A stretch of 64,000 nt of DNA from IMG/VR virus record IMGVR_UViG_3300030329_006380, positions 72,484 to 136,483 of that record, one strand, 5' to 3'. This document shows positions 30,001-38,591 of the stretch, piece by piece. A program made the position numbers and the translations under genes. Within the stretch, counting starts at the first letter, position 1; each line of letters starts with the position of its first letter. The notes under the pieces are model-generated. The model ran no database searches. It was not told where the DNA came from and saw only the letters and a list, made by a program, of their open reading frames with translations. This DNA comes from a virus.

Positions 30001-32906
30001 ATATATGGCCGCAGCAGATCCATATTCATTGGATCTGAGTTGATTCCGGAGCTAATAGCTTCGGCGCTTGCGGGGTCTCCAAAAATATCAAAATTTGTCG
30101 CATTGTTCAACAATTGATTAAATTCTTCTTGCACCTGTGGATCTGATTTGTCAAATTCGCACCGTAACAAATCATCCAAAAGTTTTTGTATGAGACCTAA
30201 GATTATATTCAATAATATATCAATAAGAATATCAATTAGCAGGCCCACTAAATAACCAAAAATACCCTCAATAGTGAACCTAGGAATGTCAATATTTGGC
30301 AACGACAAATCTATACACGAACACAGTAATGGAAGTGCCTTGCAAAGATCTTTACAGATTGCTTCATGAGCAAAGGCAGCGCCCTGTGCGCCTGCGCCCG
30401 GACCAAACATCGAATCCAATCCAGCGACTGCTCCTCCAATTGCCAACTCTGAGGCAACGGCTGCAGCAGGTGGCAAATATGCATCATCGCCTTGATCCAA
30501 AATTACGCCGGAGGGAGTATACTCAAAAGACATTTTATCTGATATCGACACTCCCATAGCATCGGCTGCGGCCTTTATTCCCGGCGGAGTCGGAATCGTG
30601 ACTTCCCTATTGGCCAAAGTTGTATTGCGTCCCGGTGGAGACGCAGTGTGAGCCCGAACATATCTCCCTGCACGCGCGCCGGCTGGAAGTTTTTCTGTAC
30701 TCTCGTTATTTTTAAGAGAGTCAATAGTTGGTCTAGTTGAATGCCACCATTCTTCTGGTGATTGTGCCGGAGGCGGAGCACCGGTCAAGTTGGCTTGTTC
30801 AATTAGGTCTTCCACTTCTCGCAATTGTTGCTGTGCGCGGTCGCCTTGGGCCTCCAGAACGCTACATGTACACTCTAACGCCTTTTTCATTATTCCGCGT
30901 ACATTAATGGCATTCCATATTTTACCCATATCTTCCCATGTTGGTGATTGATAGTCCTCCGCTGAAAAGAATTGACCGTTAGCGCCGAAGGCACCCTTAC
31001 CTGCAAGCCTTTTAATAATATCAGAAATAACCGGTTCATTAATAAACTCATAATCCGTCTTAAGGCACTGCGAAAGGCCGGGCGACATAAGTTTGATGTC
31101 CGCATCTTCCAATAATTTAAAACTAGCCTTTTTAAGCGGAGAATACTTACTTCGATAAGCTTCAGGTGGTTTAAAATCTATATATCCCTTATCATGCACT
31201 TGTTTAGCAGCATCTATCAATGCTGTGACGGTATGGATTCCGGATGGTGCGCGGGGGTTGTCTATAGTCGTAAACAAATTAATCGGGGTATTTTTACCCG
31301 GACAAGAAGCTAGAACAAAGCCCTCTTGGTAGTTCAAGAAATCTTTTTTAAGTTTCTCCGGATCTAACAAGTTTTTAATTTGAGCCTTGGTATTTTTACC
31401 TATTTTTCCAAAATGATCTTTGATCCCATCACTACTCCACAAATCAAAGTCGCAGCATTTTAATGGACGTAAGGGATCGGGTTTGCATGGTCCTTTATCT
31501 GAGCTAGCTAAATTTGCTACTTTATCAGGAGTAGGCATTATAAAGTCCTGAATAAAATCCTCTGCGGATACCTGATTTCTCTTGGATCTGATCACCTCAA
31601 CCAAAAAATCATAATTTTCCAAAAGGACCATGGTTCTGGTCATGGAGCAGGGGGCATTTTCCCGGAAGAAATTAAAACCAACCGTCAATGGGATATTCCC
31701 TAATCCCTGATCGATCATGACATAACTTATCTTGTGGTCCATGTCGAATCCAATTTCGATAAAATCGTTATTTTGTCGACGAAAATTAAAACCGTTTGTC
31801 CTCAAAAAATTAGCCAAAAAAGGTATAAATTCACTTAACCGCTCTGCTTCATATGCAAATGAAAAATCACCATAACCCAGTGGGCCCTTGTACATCCCTT
31901 CAACATCTCTCCATTTAGCATCTTGATGAAACTCCAAAAGATAAAAATTAATTAAATTTATATTCTCTTGCATCTCAGATGTATTGAATCTAACAGTAGT
32001 AAAGTGATTTGGTATCTTCTCTTCCAAGAAGGTGTGTAAATTTCTAGTTCGCTTTGGGATTGCATCGAAATATTTTGCAGGCACAGTAACTAAAACCTTA
32101 AGCCCGCCGCCAGGAGGCGGATCAATATGCCAAGCTGTCGCTCTAGCAAATTCATATGCATCATGCTTAAAGATGTTTTTAAAATCTTCATCTCTTACTT
32201 TGTCATAATATTCAAAAAGTGCATCAATACCCAGAGATATCGCATGATTTTTTCTAGCCTCCAGTTCCTGCTCCGAGCCTCCGGCGCCAGAATCTCTTGT
32301 CCTCACGGTAATCCAATATTCACATCTAGGCGCGTACAAATAAGGCTTAATTAAATTAACCCACTGAGAGGTTGTTGCGTCACAAACAGTGCCTTCTAAA
32401 GTAGAGGTTATCCTACATGTATTGTTGGTAACCGGCAACAATCGCTTGGTCTGGGAAAGTCTTCGAATATATTTTGCCTGAATAAAAGCTTCTGTGTCTG
32501 CTAATTCCCCATTCAGTATGCGAATTTTGTGAAATTCGGAGTTCCTACCAACATGAGTATTGGTTAATTTGACAATTGTACCAACATGAGCGTTTTGACC
32601 GGTGGCCTGCGATAAATAATAAGAGTTAACTCTGGCCAATAAGTTGCTTCCGTCAATCAAAACTGCGGGACTGGTGAACACCGGTGGGCACCAAGATCCC
32701 TCCACTTTATCTCTCCCAGTGAAAACAAAATGGGAAGCCTCGGGATATCTTATTGCAGCGGTGTCCGCGGAGCCCAATATTGTCATATATCGCTGAAAAT
32801 CTTCCTCTTCATTAATGGACTCTATTTCTTCTATGTAAGAATTCCGGGATGATAGATACTGTATTCGAGCTAGTTGTTGTTTTCTTTCAAAAATTGAATC
32901 AGACAT
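24012..32906 (-). CDS. Giant hypothetical protein (2964 aa), probably virion-associated
   Basis: Uninterrupted ORF between the spike-like gene and gp25. Cys clusters and two hydrophobic/amphipathic stretches; no recognisable enzyme motif. Confidence 0.5.
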   Translation of the reverse strand: MSDSIFERKQQLARIQYLSSRNSYIEEIESINEEEDFQRYMTILGSADTAAIRYPEASHFVFTGRDKVEGSWCPPVFTSPAVLIDGSNLLARVNSYYLSQATGQNAHVGTIVKLTNTHVGRNSEFHKIRILNGELADTEAFIQAKYIRRLSQTKRLLPVTNNTCRITSTLEGTVCDATTSQWVNLIKPYLYAPRCEYWITVRTRDSGAGGSEQELEARKNHAISLGIDALFEYYDKVRDEDFKNIFKHDAYEFARATAWHIDPPPGGGLKVLVTVPAKYFDAIPKRTRNLHTFLEEKIPNHFTTVRFNTSEMQENINLINFYLLEFHQDAKWRDVEGMYKGPLGYGDFSFAYEAERLSEFIPFLANFLRTNGFNFRRQNNDFIEIGFDMDHKISYVMIDQGLGNIPLTVGFNFFRENAPCSMTRTMVLLENYDFLVEVIRSKRNQVSAEDFIQDFIMPTPDKVANLASSDKGPCKPDPLRPLKCCDFDLWSSDGIKDHFGKIGKNTKAQIKNLLDPEKLKKDFLNYQEGFVLASCPGKNTPINLFTTIDNPRAPSGIHTVTALIDAAKQVHDKGYIDFKPPEAYRSKYSPLKKASFKLLEDADIKLMSPGLSQCLKTDYEFINEPVISDIIKRLAGKGAFGANGQFFSAEDYQSPTWEDMGKIWNAINVRGIMKKALECTCSVLEAQGDRAQQQLREVEDLIEQANLTGAPPPAQSPEEWWHSTRPTIDSLKNNESTEKLPAGARAGRYVRAHTASPPGRNTTLANREVTIPTPPGIKAAADAMGVSISDKMSFEYTPSGVILDQGDDAYLPPAAAVASELAIGGAVAGLDSMFGPGAGAQGAAFAHEAICKDLCKALPLLCSCIDLSLPNIDIPRFTIEGIFGYLVGLLIDILIDILLNIILGLIQKLLDDLLRCEFDKSDPQVQEEFNQLLNNATNFDIFGDPASAEAISSGINSDPMNMDLLRPYMDDVPLVVSPKEFCQLIRGEADPRTLNTLEDLLQSQHTALTAYLRDQTQIQQLFIIVGRRLSDTTICDQLVDLSNSIHNTPIADHICEGAPIDELKERLRAGDSSSDQIAELLRGVRLCRQQRLLAVSDVARQLSENPQDFLKKLIPPIMGAPGEDSLIPRDPPELRSMVDKTVDTIFLPVAMAFDRDATSFPESLIETEYKYSSPSDLDGILAGNTSLDVSSAVEDRENNMFTPDLSMAGFSNMIKNLVDSDSDSPLQLGNLTAPGGPLSQIKMSTPTGKKIIGSGLQDDLRTPENFKFSAADIKGKTATAFTLEMAPFKSFAYDTIDLQFNEGDNILDYIPGAGDTPTNEHESGQSPLARAMGMEPIVGKIKMTYSLPLSSFCVEWDKQRDFYEVQLDSEVVSVAGPTVSGYEQDFLNVLSGPVLNIAGEKKIKPEILNMDVVKNYEPKGFASLQQEIFAHFMMKTWQREFAGVGVDVSNLTADTSPLYDYYLRDNFNVLTQEFLQSMAAAVGNSKYFSYGALRNLALKGDKACVPPKDSLVNIDTITAHVRDRYYSDQIISDHKERFGMAVFEGVVNTFIRVYMLEFILSGIFPFSRFNSQDVMDEPILKLAVKHLRDGLTREGSFPLSGRIHGFKEIRKFLQNAGVHERLLIKNVSSWKATFYEEFLRWCEISILRRIEAEENFFDKFLGQQVIVTLDPIMNQERISVKFQDVDDMLPHSRYYFALRNWYNVYWAYKQNLDILRDSNGELPADFVDDRERRDNFDPRLTENHESLHALEVELNWWPDKDYTQGPALEIERYPERLQTLDALREQIFKGLEEIIATAASDLRSPDWTPQSINEISERMYRDGLDPESLIPHTPQFMIDPPTFFTWYDEVSRSYDCECIVVSDEEASGQFSSWERDPETNKIKMGYLEFMAREQLYTVRHEVESYIGSEIEDINSLFLGNINPRFRNINPIARDPVNKYFVKQVVDIPSLLKEEQNLSSAPRLPEEIFDGTALPFILERYIKVTDYGSVFWNDLKSANIQDFFGPDTNYTSDQMYQLWEKMAPGNRFLTYPNPSRSNPQDPESIYLDLNPEKKQDNTYFKESIVPIEQWFEWLASLGFQDENGNKVNPMWQVNSETGKAIFNYEHMFENMEFGLRLMMVDKQYQKSVYSEESIVEILSDVSTYEEAIDIIKDRDTQNEGTFSLLEELSDEAKGIISRKNKAFLLTESTYSTFNASASGVPFAHQVASVRYPESEIAFLSVPVVEKLQKIDINQLSTSIQGGEDLEYAWFTAPEFPKLSIHTDSMSAGGELLQWRSYEPTYVGDTKVGVTHSGNLDDLYAIIFGIDREYAAGKQIIPASSVCGDMTEILRKITDAGYWENLSYFVSLRRYNDMTNSFSEDNDSAILAIQALDRGIREIEDKIQQYFISRFPWVEKDLWILPQDGGEYPFGSSRIFRADLVRSPEFEGAFGPEGFRHFSDASFLSTVLAVINTSAGLKTFWNTPIQVVVDTTRTKKTRTVPGTCDTNNPATFNHRQLSFPVAQCMEDYWESSNVYETQTTAPCWESWTTRLKTIFKRYLPEKSTSWVESIAGPGSFTKTITVQTGRTTPMLVGTEGWLNSLPDIDTEIPVDEDFHSTWTDNMAPAWALIRRCPVDQAGDPKAIRPDVVRRFIHRGNRIEHHSGNRVLFEPGGCYEEYYHQAIFTETRTVFDSDAYEEFRLTLNQKINDAIERINMRYERKMRRALISINNLQKNYRSSSSSFDFPNLPADAIDLFNGRNGERGYKHRLIEDLISSHNYSLLTDYIFPLKRFASLFSIYSTSKISGLTLYRNVFADTKLHAKQLFIAMASSFVSDENGRPGWWRVDIPEMMKNGAFDPLPWWMKLLQTDLSFNLLAFITYVPKKLLQIILSVPWFAAIVDPLCSVLSGWPWTGKWTTCKDLLGRLPPNRKSDDDDEENLPRRLGDGYGCGTREQIKEREARAAGRKARTSVPNSFSGGADNDFPFGG

Positions 32907-32923
32907 TTTTTACCTTTCGTGCA

Positions 32924-33970
32924 CTAATTTGTTGAATTATGGTGGCTTAAAATATATTGTGGTGCCAGAGGTTGCAAATATTTAAATGAATCGGCAACTA
33001 AATTAATCCTACCCAACAAACAAGGGAACGTACATTGCATTAACATATCAATATTAACTTTTATTCCGGCCGGCAAAGCAGAAAAGGAAAGAGAGGTGGG
33101 GGTGGCCGGTGTCGTCGTCGCGTGGCTGTGGAACATTAGTGCATTATTATATAATGCTTGTGTTTGTATGATATTATCGATAACATTATATATATCATTC
33201 AAGGTATCTAACACCGTATTACAAAATTCATAAAGATTATTGCCCTTAACTAAGGGCTGTAGCTCCCATTTAGTACCGGGAGTATCCTTGTTGCCGGCTA
33301 TTAAGTCAATTCCCTCAGGATGTGCCGCTTCCCAGCCTTGACCCAAAGAGTTTCTCTCATCGGCCCCAGTTATAATTTTAATTCCCGCATCTCGTGAAAC
33401 CAATCTTATACCGTCAGCTTTTGCTAATACAAAAGACCTCGGCCAATAATCATTCCCTATTGTCCCTCCGGCCAGCGAATAATCCAAATCCATCCTAGAT
33501 TTCTGCACAATTTTAACACGTGCAGCGTCCAAAGAAACATGGGGATCTGCATATAGTGGTTCAATCTCAAATTGATCCAGTGCTTTATCGCGAGATTTTG
33601 GATCAGAAACTGTTCTAGCAACAGTAACTTGATTAGTGCGTATCTTAGAATCAACTGTTACTGCACGAACTGCTGGGCCACATGGACCAGCGACTAAATC
33701 AATCATGCCGCATAGAGAGTGGCCCATGCCGCCATACCCAGTCAATCTAGATCCGGGCCTGTCAACACCTAAAGTTATTCTAGCCGTCCTTCTGTCGCTT
33801 TCAAGGACTTTTTCTGCATCCGCCCTATTATAATAAGGCACTGGCTCAGTCATAAAAGTGCATGCCACTCCCTGAACCCTGCCTTCTATTTCTGCTACTG
33901 ATCTCTGCACTGGATCCAATCGATCCGGATCATTAATTTTTTGATAAGTTCCAAAAACTGGATTTGTCAT
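32924..33970 (-). CDS. Putative baseplate central spike protein
   Basis: 348 aa. Beta-rich middle, then QPLVKGNNL, a helix and an HSH (HxH) tip motif as in P2 gpV/phi92 gp138-type spikes. Position in the baseplate module. Confidence 0.55.
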   Translation of the reverse strand: MTNPVFGTYQKINDPDRLDPVQRSVAEIEGRVQGVACTFMTEPVPYYNRADAEKVLESDRRTARITLGVDRPGSRLTGYGGMGHSLCGMIDLVAGPCGPAVRAVTVDSKIRTNQVTVARTVSDPKSRDKALDQFEIEPLYADPHVSLDAARVKIVQKSRMDLDYSLAGGTIGNDYWPRSFVLAKADGIRLVSRDAGIKIITGADERNSLGQGWEAAHPEGIDLIAGNKDTPGTKWELQPLVKGNNLYEFCNTVLDTLNDIYNVIDNIIQTQALYNNALMFHSHATTTPATPTSLSFSALPAGIKVNIDMLMQCTFPCLLGRINLVADSFKYLQPLAPQYILSHHNSTN

Positions 33971-33984
33971 CTTTTCTCCTCATC

Positions 33985-33993
33985 ATAATTAGA
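33985..33993 (-). promoter_or_regulatory. Candidate late-promoter motif TCTAATTAT
   Basis: Intergenic, directly upstream of SD GAGGAG of the spike-like gene. Confidence 0.45.
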
Positions 33994-34006
33994 ATATATT
34001 TAAATA

Positions 34007-35317
34007 TTACGGCCGGATTATCTGAACATAGTTATCCGGCCATGTCAAAACTTCACGTGTTCCAACATACCATGGCTGTTTAAGAGACTTTTGACTACTA
34101 GGATTTCCCGGATCTGGCTGGACCGATACGTGCTGAAATACGCACCTATCTCCATCTTGACATGTTCCTCCCAGTCTAACCGGTACATTTTTCCTAGTTA
34201 CTGAGCCCAAAGCAAAATCTGTGACTTTGGGCTTGGGATTTCTTACTTGACCCTTTGCCCACGACATCGTTAAGTTCATCATTTTAGATTTTTTATTAAT
34301 TGTTTCTGACAGGGTCCAAGATTGAAGTTTTGCTCGCCATGATGTGCGATGTGTAGAGCACTTATCTGTTCCATGGCTCTTTGCACCTTTAGCGCAGAAT
34401 TTACCAGACGCCAACCAAAGAGGGTTAATTGGTTGCGAATACGCTCGAATTGTCTTATAATAAGAACTACCATAGCTGTTACCACGAAGTTTAAAAATAA
34501 CAAATTTTAAGGCCATAGACCATAGAGTCAAATCTAGATGACCACCTTCTCCAACAAGCATCTTGGCGGCCCAAAATATATCTGCATCTGTAAGCTGATA
34601 ATTGATTTTTCTATCAGAAGTAATTATTCTCCCCCATTTCCCATCGAACCCTAAACGTCGGGCTTCCTGCAGATCGGCGGCGGGGATTGATGGAGGAGGA
34701 ATTGTTGCAGTAATTGGGCCGGATTGTCTTCCAGAAGTTGAGGAACCCCCCGCAGTACCTATAACATTTGTTCTTTTCAGTCCTGCCGCGGCTTCGGCAC
34801 CTAGATATAATGGGTCTTCTCTGGTAGCGAGATTCCCGAATCTAACACGAACTATTTGACCGGGGTTTGGTATTTCCACAGAATCAGATTGCGCATAAAA
34901 AGTTGGATACATATCAATTATTGGATGCCAACATTTCGAAATCTTCTTACCGGTAAGTTTTGATAAACAATCTTCACTGCCGGTAAATACTGGTACCGGC
35001 AACATATAATGTAATTCTGGGATTCTAACTTTAACGGCGACTAGTGTTGGCGGAGTAGAAGACTTACCTCTATATTTTTTCATTGGAAAGGAACCGGGCT
35101 CATAAGGAAACTTAGAATTATTTGAACTGCCTAGCGATTGTTCTACACGCAATACCACACCAACAAAATCTTCTCTTTTGCTGGTAATATCATGATTGTG
35201 TTGGTCCTCGGCTATCTTTTTAGAAGTATTAACAAAATTAGTGTTATTGTTCTTTCTGTGACCAAACTTACTAGCCTTAGTGGGGTTGATAATTGAGTCT
35301 AAATTTTCAATGCTCAT
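34007..35317 (-). CDS. gp5-like OB-fold N-terminus fused to a putative SleB-like cell-wall hydrolase
   Basis: 436 aa. Shared N-domain (VLRVE...VKVRIPELH.MLPVP...HPIID.YPTFYA...PG..VRV). The C-domain DIFWAAKMLVGEGG...IRAYSQP resembles Hydrolase_2. Confidence 0.5.
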   Translation of the reverse strand: MSIENLDSIINPTKASKFGHRKNNNTNFVNTSKKIAEDQHNHDITSKREDFVGVVLRVEQSLGSSNNSKFPYEPGSFPMKKYRGKSSTPPTLVAVKVRIPELHYMLPVPVFTGSEDCLSKLTGKKISKCWHPIIDMYPTFYAQSDSVEIPNPGQIVRVRFGNLATREDPLYLGAEAAAGLKRTNVIGTAGGSSTSGRQSGPITATIPPPSIPAADLQEARRLGFDGKWGRIITSDRKINYQLTDADIFWAAKMLVGEGGHLDLTLWSMALKFVIFKLRGNSYGSSYYKTIRAYSQPINPLWLASGKFCAKGAKSHGTDKCSTHRTSWRAKLQSWTLSETINKKSKMMNLTMSWAKGQVRNPKPKVTDFALGSVTRKNVPVRLGGTCQDGDRCVFQHVSVQPDPGNPSSQKSLKQPWYVGTREVLTWPDNYVQIIRP

Positions 35318-35326
35318 GATATGTTC

Positions 35327-36970
35327 CTAAGCCTTCACGCTCGATGCATTTGGAGAAGAAGTTTTATTATATGTTATTTCATTGCTTTTCTTCCAATATA
35401 ATTCTAAACCTGGAGTGGGAGCAATTCTTTTTCCCGTTGCCCCTGAAGTTGTATGAGTGGTTATTGTCGCGGCCATATGTATTCCGGAGACCTCTACCTC
35501 TATCCATCCATATTCCTGTCCAACATCGCTCTGTAATCTCCTTCGAACCATGCTGCGAAGATGGAAGCCGGCCTGTGCTTTTTTTGAAACGGTGGCGATA
35601 AATAATTTTGCGCAAGGGTCAGGATGGGTCTTTACTCTCATGAATTCGCCTGTTTTTTTCCATCCATATGGCTGAGTTTCTCCGCGGCCGATGAATCTAG
35701 GCTGCGAAAAATTAAATATTGGACTCGTAGCACAGCGGCCGCGTGGAACAAATTTTGCACCAGATGATGGTGTGGATGTACCAGATTCACGCTTTGGGGG
35801 CCCAGGGCGGCCCTTACAATAAGGGTTACCATCATAAGATTGTTTCGACGAGCGGGCGGATTCAGCAACCGATGGATCGCCCTTAAACTCAAAATGCATA
35901 GAATCAACATACCCCTTCCAGTCGCCGCCCCAACTAAATCCATACCTCTTAAATGCTGCTATCACACACTCCGGAAGATCATAAATTAATACACCTTGTT
36001 TTGCGGGGTTTTGTGCAGGATTAATGTCAATTGCTGTTCCCCATGCATGATTACTAATACCTATCTTGCAATCATTAGGAAACGTACCTTGATGTCTCAT
36101 GCACCTGCAGGCATACGTTCCGGGTCCCGGAAGGCCTTGATAGAATTTATAATTCTGAGCTTCTTGGCACATGGCTATATCTGCTTCCACCATCTCAAAA
36201 GCAGCAGCAGCAGCGGGATTAACCGGTATTTTTCTATTCCTAAAATTCACGTTTGCCCTTTTACCTTTACATGGTGCACCATAAAATTGATCTCTCATTT
36301 GGGCGTTTCTTACAACTACCGGAACACGTGGATAACTACCACATGTCGCAGCCGGAATATTGGCTCCGCCGCCCGGTATTCCTCCGCCTCCGCCTCCGCG
36401 GCCAACCCCATAGCTTCTTGCGCCACCGGTGGTTGCAACCGTTGGAGCAAAGTACTTAGTTTCGGAGCTTATATATATGGGATCGGTGCCGGCATTAAAA
36501 TTTCGGAATGTTACACGTACAAGTTCTCCGGGATCTGGGGTTGGGAGATCACTGGTTTCCGCATAAAAAGTTGGATATAGGTCTATTATCGGGTGATGAC
36601 ATTTCTTTACTGTGTCTTTATCGCTACATGGCTCTGACCCCAATTGGTTTGGGACAGGAAGCATGGCATGGATCTCCGGTATCCGAACTTTAATCGCAAC
36701 TAATTGCGGGGCTGTCTCACCACGATATTTTTTAGTCATCAGTGATCCTGGCTCAAAGGGCCATGAAGAATCACCAACAGTATTAGTTTCCACCCTTAAA
36801 ACCATCCCAACATAGAACTTTCTTTTTTTTGTTGTATCCTTTGTGTATTGAGCTTCCGCTAGTTCTTTAACTGAGGAAGTATATTTCTTGCCTCGCGTAT
36901 GTCGCGGGCCATATTTAGACGGCGCATCATGCGTTATGTGCGATTCTAAAAATGATTTATCACTTACCAT
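35327..36970 (-). CDS. gp5-like OB-fold N-terminus fused to an M15-family peptidoglycan peptidase
   Basis: SNHAWGTAIDIN...FKRYGFSWGGDW...DSMHFEF are the M15 Zn ligands (H, D, H). Start ATG 36970 follows GGGGA; the alternative is TTG 37000. Confidence 0.8.
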   Translation of the reverse strand: MVSDKSFLESHITHDAPSKYGPRHTRGKKYTSSVKELAEAQYTKDTTKKRKFYVGMVLRVETNTVGDSSWPFEPGSLMTKKYRGETAPQLVAIKVRIPEIHAMLPVPNQLGSEPCSDKDTVKKCHHPIIDLYPTFYAETSDLPTPDPGELVRVTFRNFNAGTDPIYISSETKYFAPTVATTGGARSYGVGRGGGGGGIPGGGANIPAATCGSYPRVPVVVRNAQMRDQFYGAPCKGKRANVNFRNRKIPVNPAAAAAFEMVEADIAMCQEAQNYKFYQGLPGPGTYACRCMRHQGTFPNDCKIGISNHAWGTAIDINPAQNPAKQGVLIYDLPECVIAAFKRYGFSWGGDWKGYVDSMHFEFKGDPSVAESARSSKQSYDGNPYCKGRPGPPKRESGTSTPSSGAKFVPRGRCATSPIFNFSQPRFIGRGETQPYGWKKTGEFMRVKTHPDPCAKLFIATVSKKAQAGFHLRSMVRRRLQSDVGQEYGWIEVEVSGIHMAATITTHTTSGATGKRIAPTPGLELYWKKSNEITYNKTSSPNASSVKA

Positions 36971-36990
36971 TTCGTGATATCCCCATAAAT

Positions 36991-38289
36991 CTAAGACCAA
37001 TCAACTATGCCATTACTAACTCTCTGGCAGCGTTCTATCATTTTTTCATAAGCGGCGCGTGGTGGAAGACCCCTTGATCTAAAATAAGTATATGTCATTT
37101 GCGTAGTACCATCTGCTCTGCGAGAAGGCGATATGTGAGAGTGCGCCAATAGGCCTGGCGGGGGTGGATTTGACCGGGACCAATCTCCCTTAATAGTATA
37201 GTCTGTACCATTAAGACCCACCCACCTCATCGGTGTAGAAGTCTGACCAGTGACTTGTCTAACAATCGTCCACGCTGATTCATAAGAAGCTAGCGGAGGT
37301 ACCGGATATGTTCTAGAAATCCAATGTGAAAAATTATAAATTCGTACCGGAACCTTCTCTACGCTTTGATATGTTTTCCTATGCCACCCTTGTAAAGCTC
37401 TTGCTTGGAATGGATTAACGACTTCGAAGCCAACAGATCTAGGGTTGTATAAACTCCCTGCGTGAACGCCCCATTGGTCATAACTAGCTAAATTCCACAG
37501 TTTTCCATCCCATCCAACATAATGGTGCAAAAAACCCGATTTACTGTTATTGACATAATTAATACTCTTCCCAGCATGCATTGGGCCGCCAGTTTCATGC
37601 ATAACTAACCACACCACATCGCTTGTAGCTCTCTGATATGTTCGGTTCCATCCTGTAAACCCTTCAGGGAGGACTGCGCCCTGAAAATTCTTCCAATTTC
37701 CCGAAACGGTCTTGACTGCGCCATACGCAGATACAGAAGTTCCATCACCAATGGCCATCCTTAGGTTCCCTGTCTCCGGCGATAAATAAACCGGATCTTT
37801 AAAATTATTTAAATCACCATATTTAACCCTAACAATATCACCGGGTGCTGGAGTTGGGACCCCCGGATTGATTGCATAAAAGGTAGGATACAAATCAATA
37901 ATAGGGTGGTGACATCTTTTTAAAATATTTCTATTTCTTTTCCCAGTGCAATCAGTGGCTGGTCCTCCAGAGGGAATGGATGGCACTGGTAGCATGGTGT
38001 GAAGCTCTGGGATACGAACTTTTATCGCAACCAATTTGGGAGGAGTCCCTGTTTTAGCGCGATATTTCTTAAGAGGCATTGAGCCAGGTTCGTATTCTCC
38101 CTCTCCACTAGTACTAGCTTCAACACGAAGAACGATGCCGCAAAAAGTACCCTGTTTATCAGTGGCATCATTTTGAAATGCCTTTTCATTGGTTTTTTTT
38201 GCAGATTTTACAAAATCTGTATTAACATCATCTCGCGGCCCGTATTTCGGAGCATCGAACCAGTTTAAGAAGGTATCTAAAACCGACAT
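36991..38289 (-). CDS. gp5-like OB-fold N-terminus fused to an N-acetylmuramoyl-L-alanine amidase (Amidase_2)
   Basis: 432 aa. LVMHET...HHYVGWDG...HAG...NPRSVGFEV...LAHSHI...RADG is the amidase_2 pattern. Confidence 0.8.
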   Translation of the reverse strand: MSVLDTFLNWFDAPKYGPRDDVNTDFVKSAKKTNEKAFQNDATDKQGTFCGIVLRVEASTSGEGEYEPGSMPLKKYRAKTGTPPKLVAIKVRIPELHTMLPVPSIPSGGPATDCTGKRNRNILKRCHHPIIDLYPTFYAINPGVPTPAPGDIVRVKYGDLNNFKDPVYLSPETGNLRMAIGDGTSVSAYGAVKTVSGNWKNFQGAVLPEGFTGWNRTYQRATSDVVWLVMHETGGPMHAGKSINYVNNSKSGFLHHYVGWDGKLWNLASYDQWGVHAGSLYNPRSVGFEVVNPFQARALQGWHRKTYQSVEKVPVRIYNFSHWISRTYPVPPLASYESAWTIVRQVTGQTSTPMRWVGLNGTDYTIKGDWSRSNPPPPGLLAHSHISPSRRADGTTQMTYTYFRSRGLPPRAAYEKMIERCQRVSNGIVDWS

Positions 38290-38591
38290 TATTCTCCGCC
38301 TTGAATTATCTCAAATAGTTCATCGCGATCCTCGTTGGTCAACTCATTTGAAGCATCTTTTTTCTTCTGCAACAAGGAAGCTAATTTAACCAACTGTTCA
38401 TTTGAACGCTGCAGTGTCTCTACATATTTTGCTGCGATCAGGCCGACGCCTCTATGGTTTTCATCTGATTTCTTTATATAGGCCAAAAGATCGACCAACA
38501 ATGTTTTTGTTAACGAGCGATCTTCATGGATATTTTCTACGGCCTCTTTTATAAATTCTTCAGTGCTTTTTAAATCTTTCCCGTATCCCAT
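38289..38591 (-). CDS. Hypothetical helical protein
   Basis: 100 aa, coupled to its neighbours. Confidence 0.5.
   Translation of the reverse strand: MGYGKDLKSTEEFIKEAVENIHEDRSLTKTLLVDLLAYIKKSDENHRGVGLIAAKYVETLQRSNEQLVKLASLLQKKKDASNELTNEDRDELFEIIQGGE

Noticed and set aside
11550-32906. Inteins or introns explaining the two proteins of about 2900 aa
   Set aside because: No intein N-terminal block, no HN-C/S/T junction with LAGLIDADG motifs, and no ORF interruptions were recognised.
36361-36420. GC-rich CCTCCG repeats
   Set aside because: They simply encode the Gly-rich linker GRGGGGGGIPGGG between the OB-like and M15 domains.
192-38289. Bacterial extracellular contractile injection system or T6SS locus
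   Set aside because: Context includes a phage sigma factor, RuvC-like and Cas4-like nucleases, PhoH and phage-style gene packing. No T6SS membrane complex or eCIS ATPase was seen.
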